DNA from: Planctomycetota bacterium
Lineage (GTDB): Bacteria; Planctomycetota; Planctomycetia; Pirellulales; UBA1268
Length of the DNA: 42,005 bases
Assembly: GCA_046090525.1 (NCBI GenBank)
Contig: JBJTAA010000342.1
Span: 1-42,005 of the forward strand
Direction of reading: 5' to 3'
The notes beneath the pieces are model-generated. The model did no database searches, was not told the origin of the DNA, and saw only the letters and a program-made list of their open reading frames with translations. The position numbers were made by a program, and so were the translations under genes. Positions 10,076 through 17,227 of this stretch are shown one piece after another (the first letter of the stretch is position 1; every line of letters begins with the position of its first letter).

Positions 10076-10090
10076 TGAGAATCGGTCTCA
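10076..10090. promoter_or_regulatory. Candidate Fur-box-like palindrome upstream of feoA
   Basis: TGAGAATCGGTCTCA is a 7-1-7 palindrome. It matches 11/15 positions of the Fur consensus TGATAATNATTATCA and lies 21 nt upstream of the feoA start. Confidence 0.3.
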
Positions 10091-10238
10091 AGTGACGCTT
10101 GGAGTGTAGGAACCAGGTGGGGCCGCGGCAACGCCGGCGGCGGTGTTTCCCGGGGAGCACGAGCGACATAGCCTCAGTGCGCTTCCGGCGGCCCGGCGGC
10201 GGCCTGCGGTGGAACGCGTGCGAGGCGAGACTCATCCC

Positions 10239-10961
10239 ATGACCCCTTCCGATGCCTTTCCCGGCCGCGGGTTGTTCGTGACCGGCACCGACACCGATGT
10301 CGGCAAGACCTTCGCGGCCGTGGCGATCGTGCGGTCGCTCGTCGCCGCCGGCAGACGGGTGGGCGTCTACAAGCCGGTGGCCAGCGGCGTCGCCAACGTG
10401 GACGATCCGGGCGGCGATCCATACCGGCTCTGGGAGGCGGCGGGCCGTCCGGGAACGCCCGCCCAGGTCTGCCCGCAGGCATTCCCCGCGGCGATCGCGC
10501 CGGTGCGAGCCGCCGCCGCCGTCGGCCGCGCCGTGGACGAGGCGCTGCTCCGCACCGGCTTGGCCGCCTGGCGGGCGAGCGACCTGGTGGTCGTCGAGGG
10601 TGCCGGCGGCCTCTTCTCACCGCTCGGGGAGCGGACGCTCGGCGTTGAGTTGGTCCGCGAGTTCGCCCTGCCGCTGGTCGTCGTCGACTCCGCCCGGCTG
10701 GGCGCGATCGGCCGCACGCTCGCCACCGTGCGCGCAGCCCGGTCCGAGGGGCTCTCGATCGCCGCCTGCGTGCTTTCGCAGGTGGTGCCGCCGCGGGGAG
10801 TCGCGGGCGACCCGCAATCAGACGCCCAGATCGCAGCCGATGCCGTGGCCGATCTCCGCCGGCTGCTTCCCGGCGTGCCGGTCACGATCCTCGGGCACGC
10901 GGCGGCGGGCTTCACGCCGGCGGTCGACTGGTGGGCGGCGGCACGTGCGCCGGTCACGTGA
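10239..10961 (+). CDS. bioD: Dethiobiotin synthase (ATP-dependent), 240 aa
   Basis: The BioD P-loop GLFVTGTDTDVGKT is present, plus VVVEGAGGLFSP. The start was moved to ATG 10239. Confidence 0.9.
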   Translation: MTPSDAFPGRGLFVTGTDTDVGKTFAAVAIVRSLVAAGRRVGVYKPVASGVANVDDPGGDPYRLWEAAGRPGTPAQVCPQAFPAAIAPVRAAAAVGRAVDEALLRTGLAAWRASDLVVVEGAGGLFSPLGERTLGVELVREFALPLVVVDSARLGAIGRTLATVRAARSEGLSIAACVLSQVVPPRGVAGDPQSDAQIAADAVADLRRLLPGVPVTILGHAAAGFTPAVDWWAAARAPVT

Positions 10962-11039
10962 GGAGCCCGGTTCCGCCGGACCCGGGTCAGAGTTGCCGCT
11001 GCGTCACAAGTGATCCGGTCACGGCGTGACCGGGCTCCT
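10961..11039 (+). repeat. 79-bp palindromic REP/MITE-like intergenic element, copy A
   Basis: It has perfect 10-bp terminal inverted repeats (aggagcccgg ... ccgggctcct). It is 65/79 identical (ungapped hand alignment) to the reverse complement of 13994-14072. It starts at the last base of the bioD stop codon. Confidence 0.8.
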
Positions 11040-11076
11040 GGGCTGGAACCGGGTCGGCCGCGGCGCCCTCGCTGCG

Positions 11077-11095
11077 CCGGTCACGGCGTGACCGG
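11077..11095. repeat. Extra copy of the 19-bp hairpin core ccggtcacggcgtgaccgg
   Basis: It is identical to 11015-11033 inside copy A. Both are preceded by gctgcg. The stem is 8 bp with a 3-nt loop. Confidence 0.6.
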
Positions 11096-11110
11096 AATTC
11101 TCGGCCGTCG

Positions 11111-12112
11111 TCACGCGTCCCGCAGTCGGGCGGCGGCGTCGGCTGCCGGGAGCGCCGTGATGTGGCAGCCGGTGGCCAGTTCGAACCCGGCCAGTTCCGT
11201 GGCCCGCGGCAGGATCTCGAGGTGCCAGTGCCAGCGGTCGGTCGCGGCCGTGGACGTGGCGCCGTCCCAGGCAGCTTCATGCAGCCACCAGTTGTAGTCC
11301 GCGCCCGGCAGGAGCCGCGCGAGCCGCCCGACGAGATCCCGGGTGAGGTCGGCGACCGCATCCGCGGTGGCGGGCGGGGCCGCATGAAAGAAGGGCTGCC
11401 GCGCGGCCGGCACGATCCACGTCTCGCCGGGCTGGCGGGGAGCGGCGGGCACGAGCACCACGAGGCCGCCGCGCTCCGTCACGATCCGGCCGTCGGCCCG
11501 GGCCTCGGCCAGGAGATCCGCGAACGGGTCGGTCCGCCGGGCCGCCGCCTCGAACTCCGCCCGCACCGCCGGCGGCACGAAATCGATCGCCACGAGCTGG
11601 CTGTGGACGTGCTCGAGCGATGCGCCGGCCCGCGGTCCTGAGTTCTTGAAGACGGTGCCCCAGGCCAGATCACCCCGCCCGGCGAGCGCGGCCAGCCGCC
11701 GCCGCACGAGCTCCCAGGCGGCCCGCCAGCCGGCGGAATCGACCGTGAGGACCGACGTCTCGTGCCGGGGCGACTCGATCACCACGTCGTGCACGCCCAG
11801 GGCCGGTCGCAGATCACCGGCGTTCATGACGGCCGGCTCGGCGGCCTCCACGAAGGGAAAGCGATTGGGCACGATTCGCGCCTGCCAGGCCCGCGCGGGA
11901 TCGGCCGGCGCACGCATCACGTCGGGGGGCGTGCGGGTTTCGTTGCCCACGCAGAAGGGGCACCACGCGCTCGGTGCGGCACCGCCGTGCGCCGCGGCGA
12001 GTTCGGCGTCGCCGGGCCGTTCGTCCCGGCGGGGCGCCACGAACACCGCGCGGCCGGTGCGGTCGTCGTGCTGGACGAACGGGTTGCGGCGCGGCTGGGG
12101 CGATGCGGGCAT
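11111..12112 (-). CDS. Galactose-1-phosphate uridylyltransferase-like HIT-family nucleotidyltransferase (333 aa)
   Basis: The zinc motif CPFCVGNE, RIVPNRFPF, HDVVIESPRH and the active-site SLEHVHSQLVA (HxHxQ) are present. Confidence 0.85.
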   Translation of the reverse strand: MPASPQPRRNPFVQHDDRTGRAVFVAPRRDERPGDAELAAAHGGAAPSAWCPFCVGNETRTPPDVMRAPADPARAWQARIVPNRFPFVEAAEPAVMNAGDLRPALGVHDVVIESPRHETSVLTVDSAGWRAAWELVRRRLAALAGRGDLAWGTVFKNSGPRAGASLEHVHSQLVAIDFVPPAVRAEFEAAARRTDPFADLLAEARADGRIVTERGGLVVLVPAAPRQPGETWIVPAARQPFFHAAPPATADAVADLTRDLVGRLARLLPGADYNWWLHEAAWDGATSTAATDRWHWHLEILPRATELAGFELATGCHITALPAADAAARLRDA

Positions 12113-12147
12113 CGCGATCCAGTATGCCCAAGCGGGAGGCCCGCGTG

Positions 12148-12176
12148 TTGAACCGCCCCCAGCGGCCCCGTAGACT
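12148..12176 (+). promoter_or_regulatory. Candidate sigma70-type promoter for the peroxiredoxin gene
   Basis: TTGAAC-N17-TAGACT, 35 nt upstream of ATG 12211. GGAGG is at 12199-12203. Confidence 0.4.
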
Positions 12177-12210
12177 CCAAGGCTGCGATCCGATCCCCGG
12201 AGGTTCCCGC

Positions 12211-12741
12211 ATGCTCACCGTTGGCGACTCGTTTCCCCAGTTCTCCTGCCAGGCCTGCGTGGGCACCGGCAAGGACGACGTGAAACTGCTCACCAATGCC
12301 GACTACGCGGGCAAGTGGGTCGTCTACTTCTTCTATCCCAAGGACTTCACGTTCGTCTGCCCGACCGAACTCGCGGAGTTCAACAAGCAACTGAAGGCCT
12401 TCGCCGACCGCGACACGAGCGTGGTCGGGGGCAGCACCGACAACGAGTATTCGCACCTCGCCTGGCGGCGGGCCCACCCCGACCTCGAGAAGCTCGGCTA
12501 CCCGCTGATCGCCGCCCAGAAGCTCTCGGCCGAGCTCGGCATCCTCGAGAAGACCGAGGGCTACTGCCTGCGGGCCACGTTCATCGTCGACCCCCACGGC
12601 GTGATCCAGTGGGTGGACGTCAACCAGGGACGGGTCGGCCGCAACGTGGCCGAGGTCATCCGCGTGCTCGACGCCCTGCAGAGCGACGAGCTCTGCCCCT
12701 GCAACTGGAAGAAGGGCGATCCCTACGTGAAGGTCGGCTGA
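12211..12741 (+). CDS. Peroxiredoxin (AhpC/TSA family, 2-Cys type), 176 aa
   Basis: WVVYFFYPKDFTFVCPTEL is the peroxidatic-Cys motif, and a C-terminal Cys lies in ELCPCNW. The long N-terminal extension of track ORF 11974..12741 was rejected. Confidence 0.95.
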   Translation: MLTVGDSFPQFSCQACVGTGKDDVKLLTNADYAGKWVVYFFYPKDFTFVCPTELAEFNKQLKAFADRDTSVVGGSTDNEYSHLAWRRAHPDLEKLGYPLIAAQKLSAELGILEKTEGYCLRATFIVDPHGVIQWVDVNQGRVGRNVAEVIRVLDALQSDELCPCNWKKGDPYVKVG

Positions 12742-12761
12742 GGCCGGGAGGCGAAGGATCC

Positions 12762-13133
12762 GTGCCTCCTCCTCCCCGCACCTGGCTCGGGAAGTTCGCC
12801 GACGCGTTTCGCGGCCTGTTCCTCTCGGTCCGCACCCAGTCGAGCTTCGCGGCCCATCTGCCGGTGGCGGCCGCCGCGGTCGCGCTGGGTGCGTGGCTCG
12901 GGCTCTCGGCGGTCGAGTGGGGCCTGGTGGCGCTCGCCATCGGCCTGGTGATCATGGCCGAGGTGTTCAACACGTCGATCGAGGCGCTCGCCAAGGCCGT
13001 GGGCTCCTATCCCGACGACGGGATCCGCGACGCGCTCGACCATGCCAGCGGCGGCGTACTGGTGGCGGTGCTCACCGCCGTCTCGATCGGCCTGATCGTG
13101 CTCGGGCCCAAACTCTGGGCCGCGCTCACCTAG
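12762..13133 (+). CDS. dgkA: Diacylglycerol kinase family protein (DgkA-like), 123 aa
   Basis: Three TM helices and the AEVFNTSIEALAKAV motif (DgkA E..NTAIE). The start is GTG 12762, preceded by GGGAGG. Confidence 0.85.
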   Translation: MPPPPRTWLGKFADAFRGLFLSVRTQSSFAAHLPVAAAAVALGAWLGLSAVEWGLVALAIGLVIMAEVFNTSIEALAKAVGSYPDDGIRDALDHASGGVLVAVLTAVSIGLIVLGPKLWAALT

Positions 13134-13172
13134 CCGGGGGCCGGTCCCCGCCGGGCTGGCCGCCGGGTGAGA

Positions 13173-13202
13173 TTGACGGCCGGAACAAGGTGGTTCTAGG
13201 TT
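13173..13202 (+). promoter_or_regulatory. Candidate sigma70-type promoter for aqpZ
   Basis: TTGACG-N18-TAGGTT, about 65 nt upstream of ATG 13269. Confidence 0.3.
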
Positions 13203-13268
13203 GTCGCCCGCCGCGGCATTCTGGCCGCCGGCAAGGCGGATTCAAGACACATCGCGGAGGCGGACACC

Positions 13269-13985
13269 ATGGCCGGCAAACTTCTGGCGGAGGCGATCGG
13301 TACCTTCTGGCTCGTGCTCGGCGGCTGCGGCAGCGCCGTCTTGGCGGCTGCCTATCCCGAACTTGGCATCGGGTTCGTGGGGGTGTCGCTCGCCTTCGGC
13401 CTGACGGTGCTCACGATGGCCGCGGCAATCGGCCACATCTCCGGCTGCCACCTGAACCCCGCCGTCACCGCGGGGCTCGTGGCCGGCGGCCGCTTCCCCG
13501 CCAAGGATCTCGTGCCCTACTGGGTGGCCCAGGTCCTCGGGGGCATCGCCGGGGCGGGCGTGCTCTACCTCGTGGCCCGGGGGCTCCCCGGCTTCGACGC
13601 CGCGGCCAGCGGCTTCGCCAGCAACGGCTACGGCCCGCACTCGCCGACGGCGGCCCTGGGCAAGGGGGGCTACCCGCTGGCCAGTTGCTTCCTGATCGAG
13701 GCGGTCCTGACCGCCGTCTTCCTGTTCGTGATCCACGGGGCGACCGACAAGCGGGCGCCCGGCGTGATCGCCCCGCTCGCGATCGGCTTGTGCCTGACGC
13801 TGATCCACCTGGTGAGCATCCCCGTCACCAACACCTCGGTGAATCCGGCCCGGAGCACGGCCACGGCCGTGTTCGCGCAGGGCTGGGCGCTCGAGCAGCT
13901 CTGGCTGTTCTGGGCGGCGCCGATGCTGGGGGCGATCGTGGGCGGGCTCGCCTACCGGGCCGTCTCCGAGTGCGGCACGGACTGA
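13269..13985 (+). CDS. aqpZ: Aquaporin Z (238 aa)
   Basis: Two NPA boxes (HLNPAVT and SVNPARS) and the AqpZ-like N-terminus [20 protein letters not shown]. Confidence 0.97.
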   Translation: MAGKLLAEAIGTFWLVLGGCGSAVLAAAYPELGIGFVGVSLAFGLTVLTMAAAIGHISGCHLNPAVTAGLVAGGRFPAKDLVPYWVAQVLGGIAGAGVLYLVARGLPGFDAAASGFASNGYGPHSPTAALGKGGYPLASCFLIEAVLTAVFLFVIHGATDKRAPGVIAPLAIGLCLTLIHLVSIPVTNTSVNPARSTATAVFAQGWALEQLWLFWAAPMLGAIVGGLAYRAVSECGTD

Positions 13986-13993
13986 CCCGGCTC

Positions 13994-14072
13994 AGGAGTC
14001 CGGTTGCGCCGTGACCGGATCACGCAGGACGCAGCGCCGGCTCCCAACCGGTTCCGGCGGAACCGGGCTCCT
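13994..14072 (-). repeat. 79-bp palindromic REP/MITE-like intergenic element, copy B (inverted relative to copy A)
   Basis: Its reverse complement aligns without gaps to 10961-11039 (65/79 identical, including blocks of 20 and 16 identical nt). It lies between the convergent stops of aqpZ (13985) and the PQQ-propeller gene (14090). Confidence 0.8.
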
Positions 14073-14089
14073 GCCTGACCGGCCATGTC

Positions 14090-15358
14090 CTACTGCGCCC
14101 GGATGTCGTAGCAGAGGAGGGCGTCGCCCTCGCGGAGGTAGAGCCGGCCGTCGAGGATCACGGCGTGCGCCCAACTCGGGCGGTCGCCGCTGCCGGGCAC
14201 CTTGAAGCTGCTCACCTCCGCGTAGCCGGCCGGGTCGGCCTTCACGAGTGACAGGGTGCCGTCGGCGTACTTCACGTACACGTGCCCGTCACCCGCGACC
14301 ACGCAGGCGGAGTTGCGGCCGCTGCCCCGCTCCTTCCAGGCGAGCTTGCCGGTCATGAGCTCGGCGCAGAAGGGAATCCCCTTGTCGTCGGAGTCGCCGT
14401 AGAGATGGTCGCCCACGAGCACGATGCCGCCGTGCTTGTTGGCCAGGTCGGGATTGAGGGGATAGACCTCCTCGACCGTGACCGCGCCCCCCGCCCCCGG
14501 CACCTGGCGGAGGAGCGCCCCCCCCCGCTTGTAGCCCGCGGCGAAGAAGACGAGGTCGTCCCTCAGGATCGGCGTGGGGATCACGGCGGTGGTCCGCTCG
14601 ATGGGGTAGGTCCACAGCAGCCTGCCCGTCTCGGCATCGATCCCGATCGCGCCGCCGGCGGTGGTCGTCACGTAGACCCGCCTGCCGCCCACCTGCGAGA
14701 TCACGATCGAGGCGTGGCCCGCTCCGGGGTCGTTCGGCACCGGGCAGGCCCAGACGAGCCCGCCCGACTTCTTGTCGAGGGCCACGACCGTCGCCTGCGG
14801 GCCGCCGGGCGTGCAGACGAGCTTGTCGCCGTCGATCGTCACCGATTCGCTGTAGCCCCAGGAGTCGCCCTTCGTGCCGCCGAACTGCTTCGTCAGATCG
14901 ACGCGAAACACCTCGCCACCATCCGCGACGCGGCAGGCCACGAGCTGGCCGAAGGGGGTCAGCACGTAGACCATCTCCCCGTCCACCGTGGGCGTGCTGC
15001 GGGAGCTCTGCCACGACTCCTGGCCGCTCGTCCAGGGGCCGCCGGTCTTGGTCTTCCAGAGCTGCCTGCCGGTGGCGCGGTCGAAGCAGGAGAGGTATTC
15101 GTCGGCGTCGGCCGCGGTCGACAGGCCGTCGCCGAGGGTGAAGATCCGATCCCCGGCGATCGCCGGGCTCGCGTAGCCGCGGCCGGCACCCTGCGCCTCC
15201 CACACGAGGGGCGGGCCGTCGGCCGGCCAGGCTTCGAGGAGGTCGGTGTCGGGCGCCACGGCCGTGCGGTCGGCACCACGGAAGGTCGGCCAATCGGCTG
15301 CGGCCGCGGCCGCCATGCCGACTGCCAGGACGACGACGAGCGGGGGCTGGAACCGCAT
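14090..15358 (-). CDS. Secreted PQQ-like beta-propeller repeat protein (BamB-like fold), 422 aa
   Basis: The signal peptide is MRFQPPLVVVLAVGMAAAAAADW. Repeated ...G.l.a.d..tG...W... blades are typical of PQQ-type propellers. Confidence 0.85.
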   Translation of the reverse strand: MRFQPPLVVVLAVGMAAAAAADWPTFRGADRTAVAPDTDLLEAWPADGPPLVWEAQGAGRGYASPAIAGDRIFTLGDGLSTAADADEYLSCFDRATGRQLWKTKTGGPWTSGQESWQSSRSTPTVDGEMVYVLTPFGQLVACRVADGGEVFRVDLTKQFGGTKGDSWGYSESVTIDGDKLVCTPGGPQATVVALDKKSGGLVWACPVPNDPGAGHASIVISQVGGRRVYVTTTAGGAIGIDAETGRLLWTYPIERTTAVIPTPILRDDLVFFAAGYKRGGALLRQVPGAGGAVTVEEVYPLNPDLANKHGGIVLVGDHLYGDSDDKGIPFCAELMTGKLAWKERGSGRNSACVVAGDGHVYVKYADGTLSLVKADPAGYAEVSSFKVPGSGDRPSWAHAVILDGRLYLREGDALLCYDIRAQ

Positions 15359-15573
15359 GTGGGGCCTCGCGAAGCTGGGAAGAAGCCGGGAAGTCGAGGG
15401 TATGGCCGCGGGCCGACGCGGGTCAACCGCCCCGTGGTCATCCCCTGGGCGACGTTCTATCCTCGGGACCCGTCAACCGCCCCCCATCTCCCGCGCGAGC
15501 ACCGCCGGTGGCGATCATCCCCACGCCCGTCCCCGCACCGAGCGACGCGGCCCCGCCGCGGCTCACCCTCTGG

Positions 15574-16644
15574 ATGAAGGCCTGGCTGGCCTTCCTGGCC
15601 GCGGTGTTCCTGATTCCTTCGGCGCTCTTGGCCCGCGGCCAGTGGCAGGGCCGGCGCGACGACCGGCTGGCATGCCAGGCCATGCTCGATCCGGATCTGC
15701 CCGACCCGGGCGCGCAGCCGATCGAGGACGTGTCGACCGCCGCCGCCCGCCGGGTCGCCATCGGCTTCTACCTCGAGAGCATCAGCGGCGTCTCCCTCCA
15801 CGACGGCGAGTGGTCGGCCGTGCTCGACGTCTGGTGCCGCTGGCAGGCCACCGCCCCGGACGACGCCTTCAACCCCTTCGACCGCCTGATCGCCGTCGAC
15901 GGTGCGATCACCGACTCGCGGCTGCTCGCCCGCGTCGATGACGGCGACGAGCACTACGAGCTCCGCCGGCTGTCGGTGACCTACACCAAGCCCTTCCGGA
16001 TCCGCACCTTCCCCATCGACGAGCACCTGCTCCTGGCGTCATTCGAGAACTCGGCCTTCACCCGGCGCGAGCTCGTGTTCGTGCCCGACACGGACGACAC
16101 CTCGATCAGTCACCGGGCCACCCTCTCCAACTACCGGGTCGTGCGGTACCACGCCGTGGAGAATCCGCACACCTACAAGACCAGCCGGGGCCGCTCCGAC
16201 ATCGACGCCGATCATCGCCGCACCTACTCGCAGCCCCGGTTCGCGGTGATGATCGACCGCGGCGGCCTGGGGCTGTTCATCAAGATGTTCCAGGCCCTGT
16301 TCATCTCGGTGGCGGTGGCGCTGTTGACCTCGTTCATCAAGCCGACCCACGTCGATCCCCGGTTCGGCCTGGGCGTCGGCGGGCTGTTCGCCGTGGTGGC
16401 CAACGCCTACTTCGTCGGCAGCCTCGTGCCCGAGACCAACGAGTTCTCGCTGGCCGACGTGATCAACCTCCTGGGCATCGTGACCATCCTCCTGTCGCTC
16501 ACGCAGTCGACGCTCTCGCTGTTCGTCTACGAGGCGCAGGCCCGGCCGGCCCTCTCCCGGCGGTTCGACCGGGCGAGTTTCTGGACGATGCTGGGCGGCT
16601 TCGGGGCGGCGCTGGCCATGATCATGGCCGGGGCCTGCGGCTGA
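15574..16644 (+). CDS. Pentameric ligand-gated ion channel (Cys-loop receptor/GLIC-ELIC)-like membrane protein
   Basis: The signal peptide is [21 protein letters not shown] beta-rich N-terminal domain contains [31 protein letters not shown] and the loop-7 motif FPID ([12 protein letters not shown]). Four C-terminal TM helices follow in an M1-M4 layout. The track ORF starts at GTG 15508; ATG 15574 is preferred. Confidence 0.6.
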   Translation: MKAWLAFLAAVFLIPSALLARGQWQGRRDDRLACQAMLDPDLPDPGAQPIEDVSTAAARRVAIGFYLESISGVSLHDGEWSAVLDVWCRWQATAPDDAFNPFDRLIAVDGAITDSRLLARVDDGDEHYELRRLSVTYTKPFRIRTFPIDEHLLLASFENSAFTRRELVFVPDTDDTSISHRATLSNYRVVRYHAVENPHTYKTSRGRSDIDADHRRTYSQPRFAVMIDRGGLGLFIKMFQALFISVAVALLTSFIKPTHVDPRFGLGVGGLFAVVANAYFVGSLVPETNEFSLADVINLLGIVTILLSLTQSTLSLFVYEAQARPALSRRFDRASFWTMLGGFGAALAMIMAGACG

Positions 16645-16672
16645 GGCGGCCCGCGGCGGATCAGCCGAGGGT

Positions 16673-17206
16673 ATGATGAGCGGGTCGGCTTCGTTCAGGA
16701 GGTGTGCGGTGAGTGTGACGGCGGCAGGCGGCGGCGATTCGCTCTTCGGCCGGCGGGAAACCGTCGAGCAGGTGGAGGAGGGGCATGATCTGGCCCCGAA
16801 GTTCGACGACCAGGGCTTCATCCCCTGTGTGACCACCGACTACCACACCGGCGAGGTCCTGATGGTCGCGGTGATGAACCGCGAGGCGCTGGCGAAGTCG
16901 ATCGAGACCGGCGAGGCCCACTACTGGAGCCGCAGCCGGAAGGTGCTCTGGCACAAGGGCGCCACCAGCGGCCTGGTGCAGAGAATCGTCGAGATGCGGA
17001 TCGACGACGATCAGGACTGCGTCTGGCTGCGGGTCGAGGTGGCCGGCGGCGCGAGCTGCCACGTCGGCTACCGGTCGTGCTTCTACCGCAAGGTGCCGGT
17101 CGGGGCCGAGCGGCGGGCCGGCACGACGCTCGAGTTTCTCGAGCACGAAAAGGCGTTCGATCCCAAGGCCGTCTACGGCGACGCCCCGAACCCGACGCAG
17201 CTGTAG
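16673..17206 (+). CDS. hisI: Phosphoribosyl-AMP cyclohydrolase (monofunctional HisI)
   Basis: [53 protein letters not shown]...DCD-like DDDQDCV...CH.G..SCF. GAGG lies upstream of ATG 16673. Confidence 0.9.
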   Translation: MMSGSASFRRCAVSVTAAGGGDSLFGRRETVEQVEEGHDLAPKFDDQGFIPCVTTDYHTGEVLMVAVMNREALAKSIETGEAHYWSRSRKVLWHKGATSGLVQRIVEMRIDDDQDCVWLRVEVAGGASCHVGYRSCFYRKVPVGAERRAGTTLEFLEHEKAFDPKAVYGDAPNPTQL

Positions 17207-17227
17207 CGCGGCGGACTGCCGACGATC

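Noticed and set aside
13134-13165. A possible rho-independent terminator after dgkA (cgggg-gccggt-ccccg).
   Set aside because: The stem is only 5 bp and no T-tract follows, which is not convincing.
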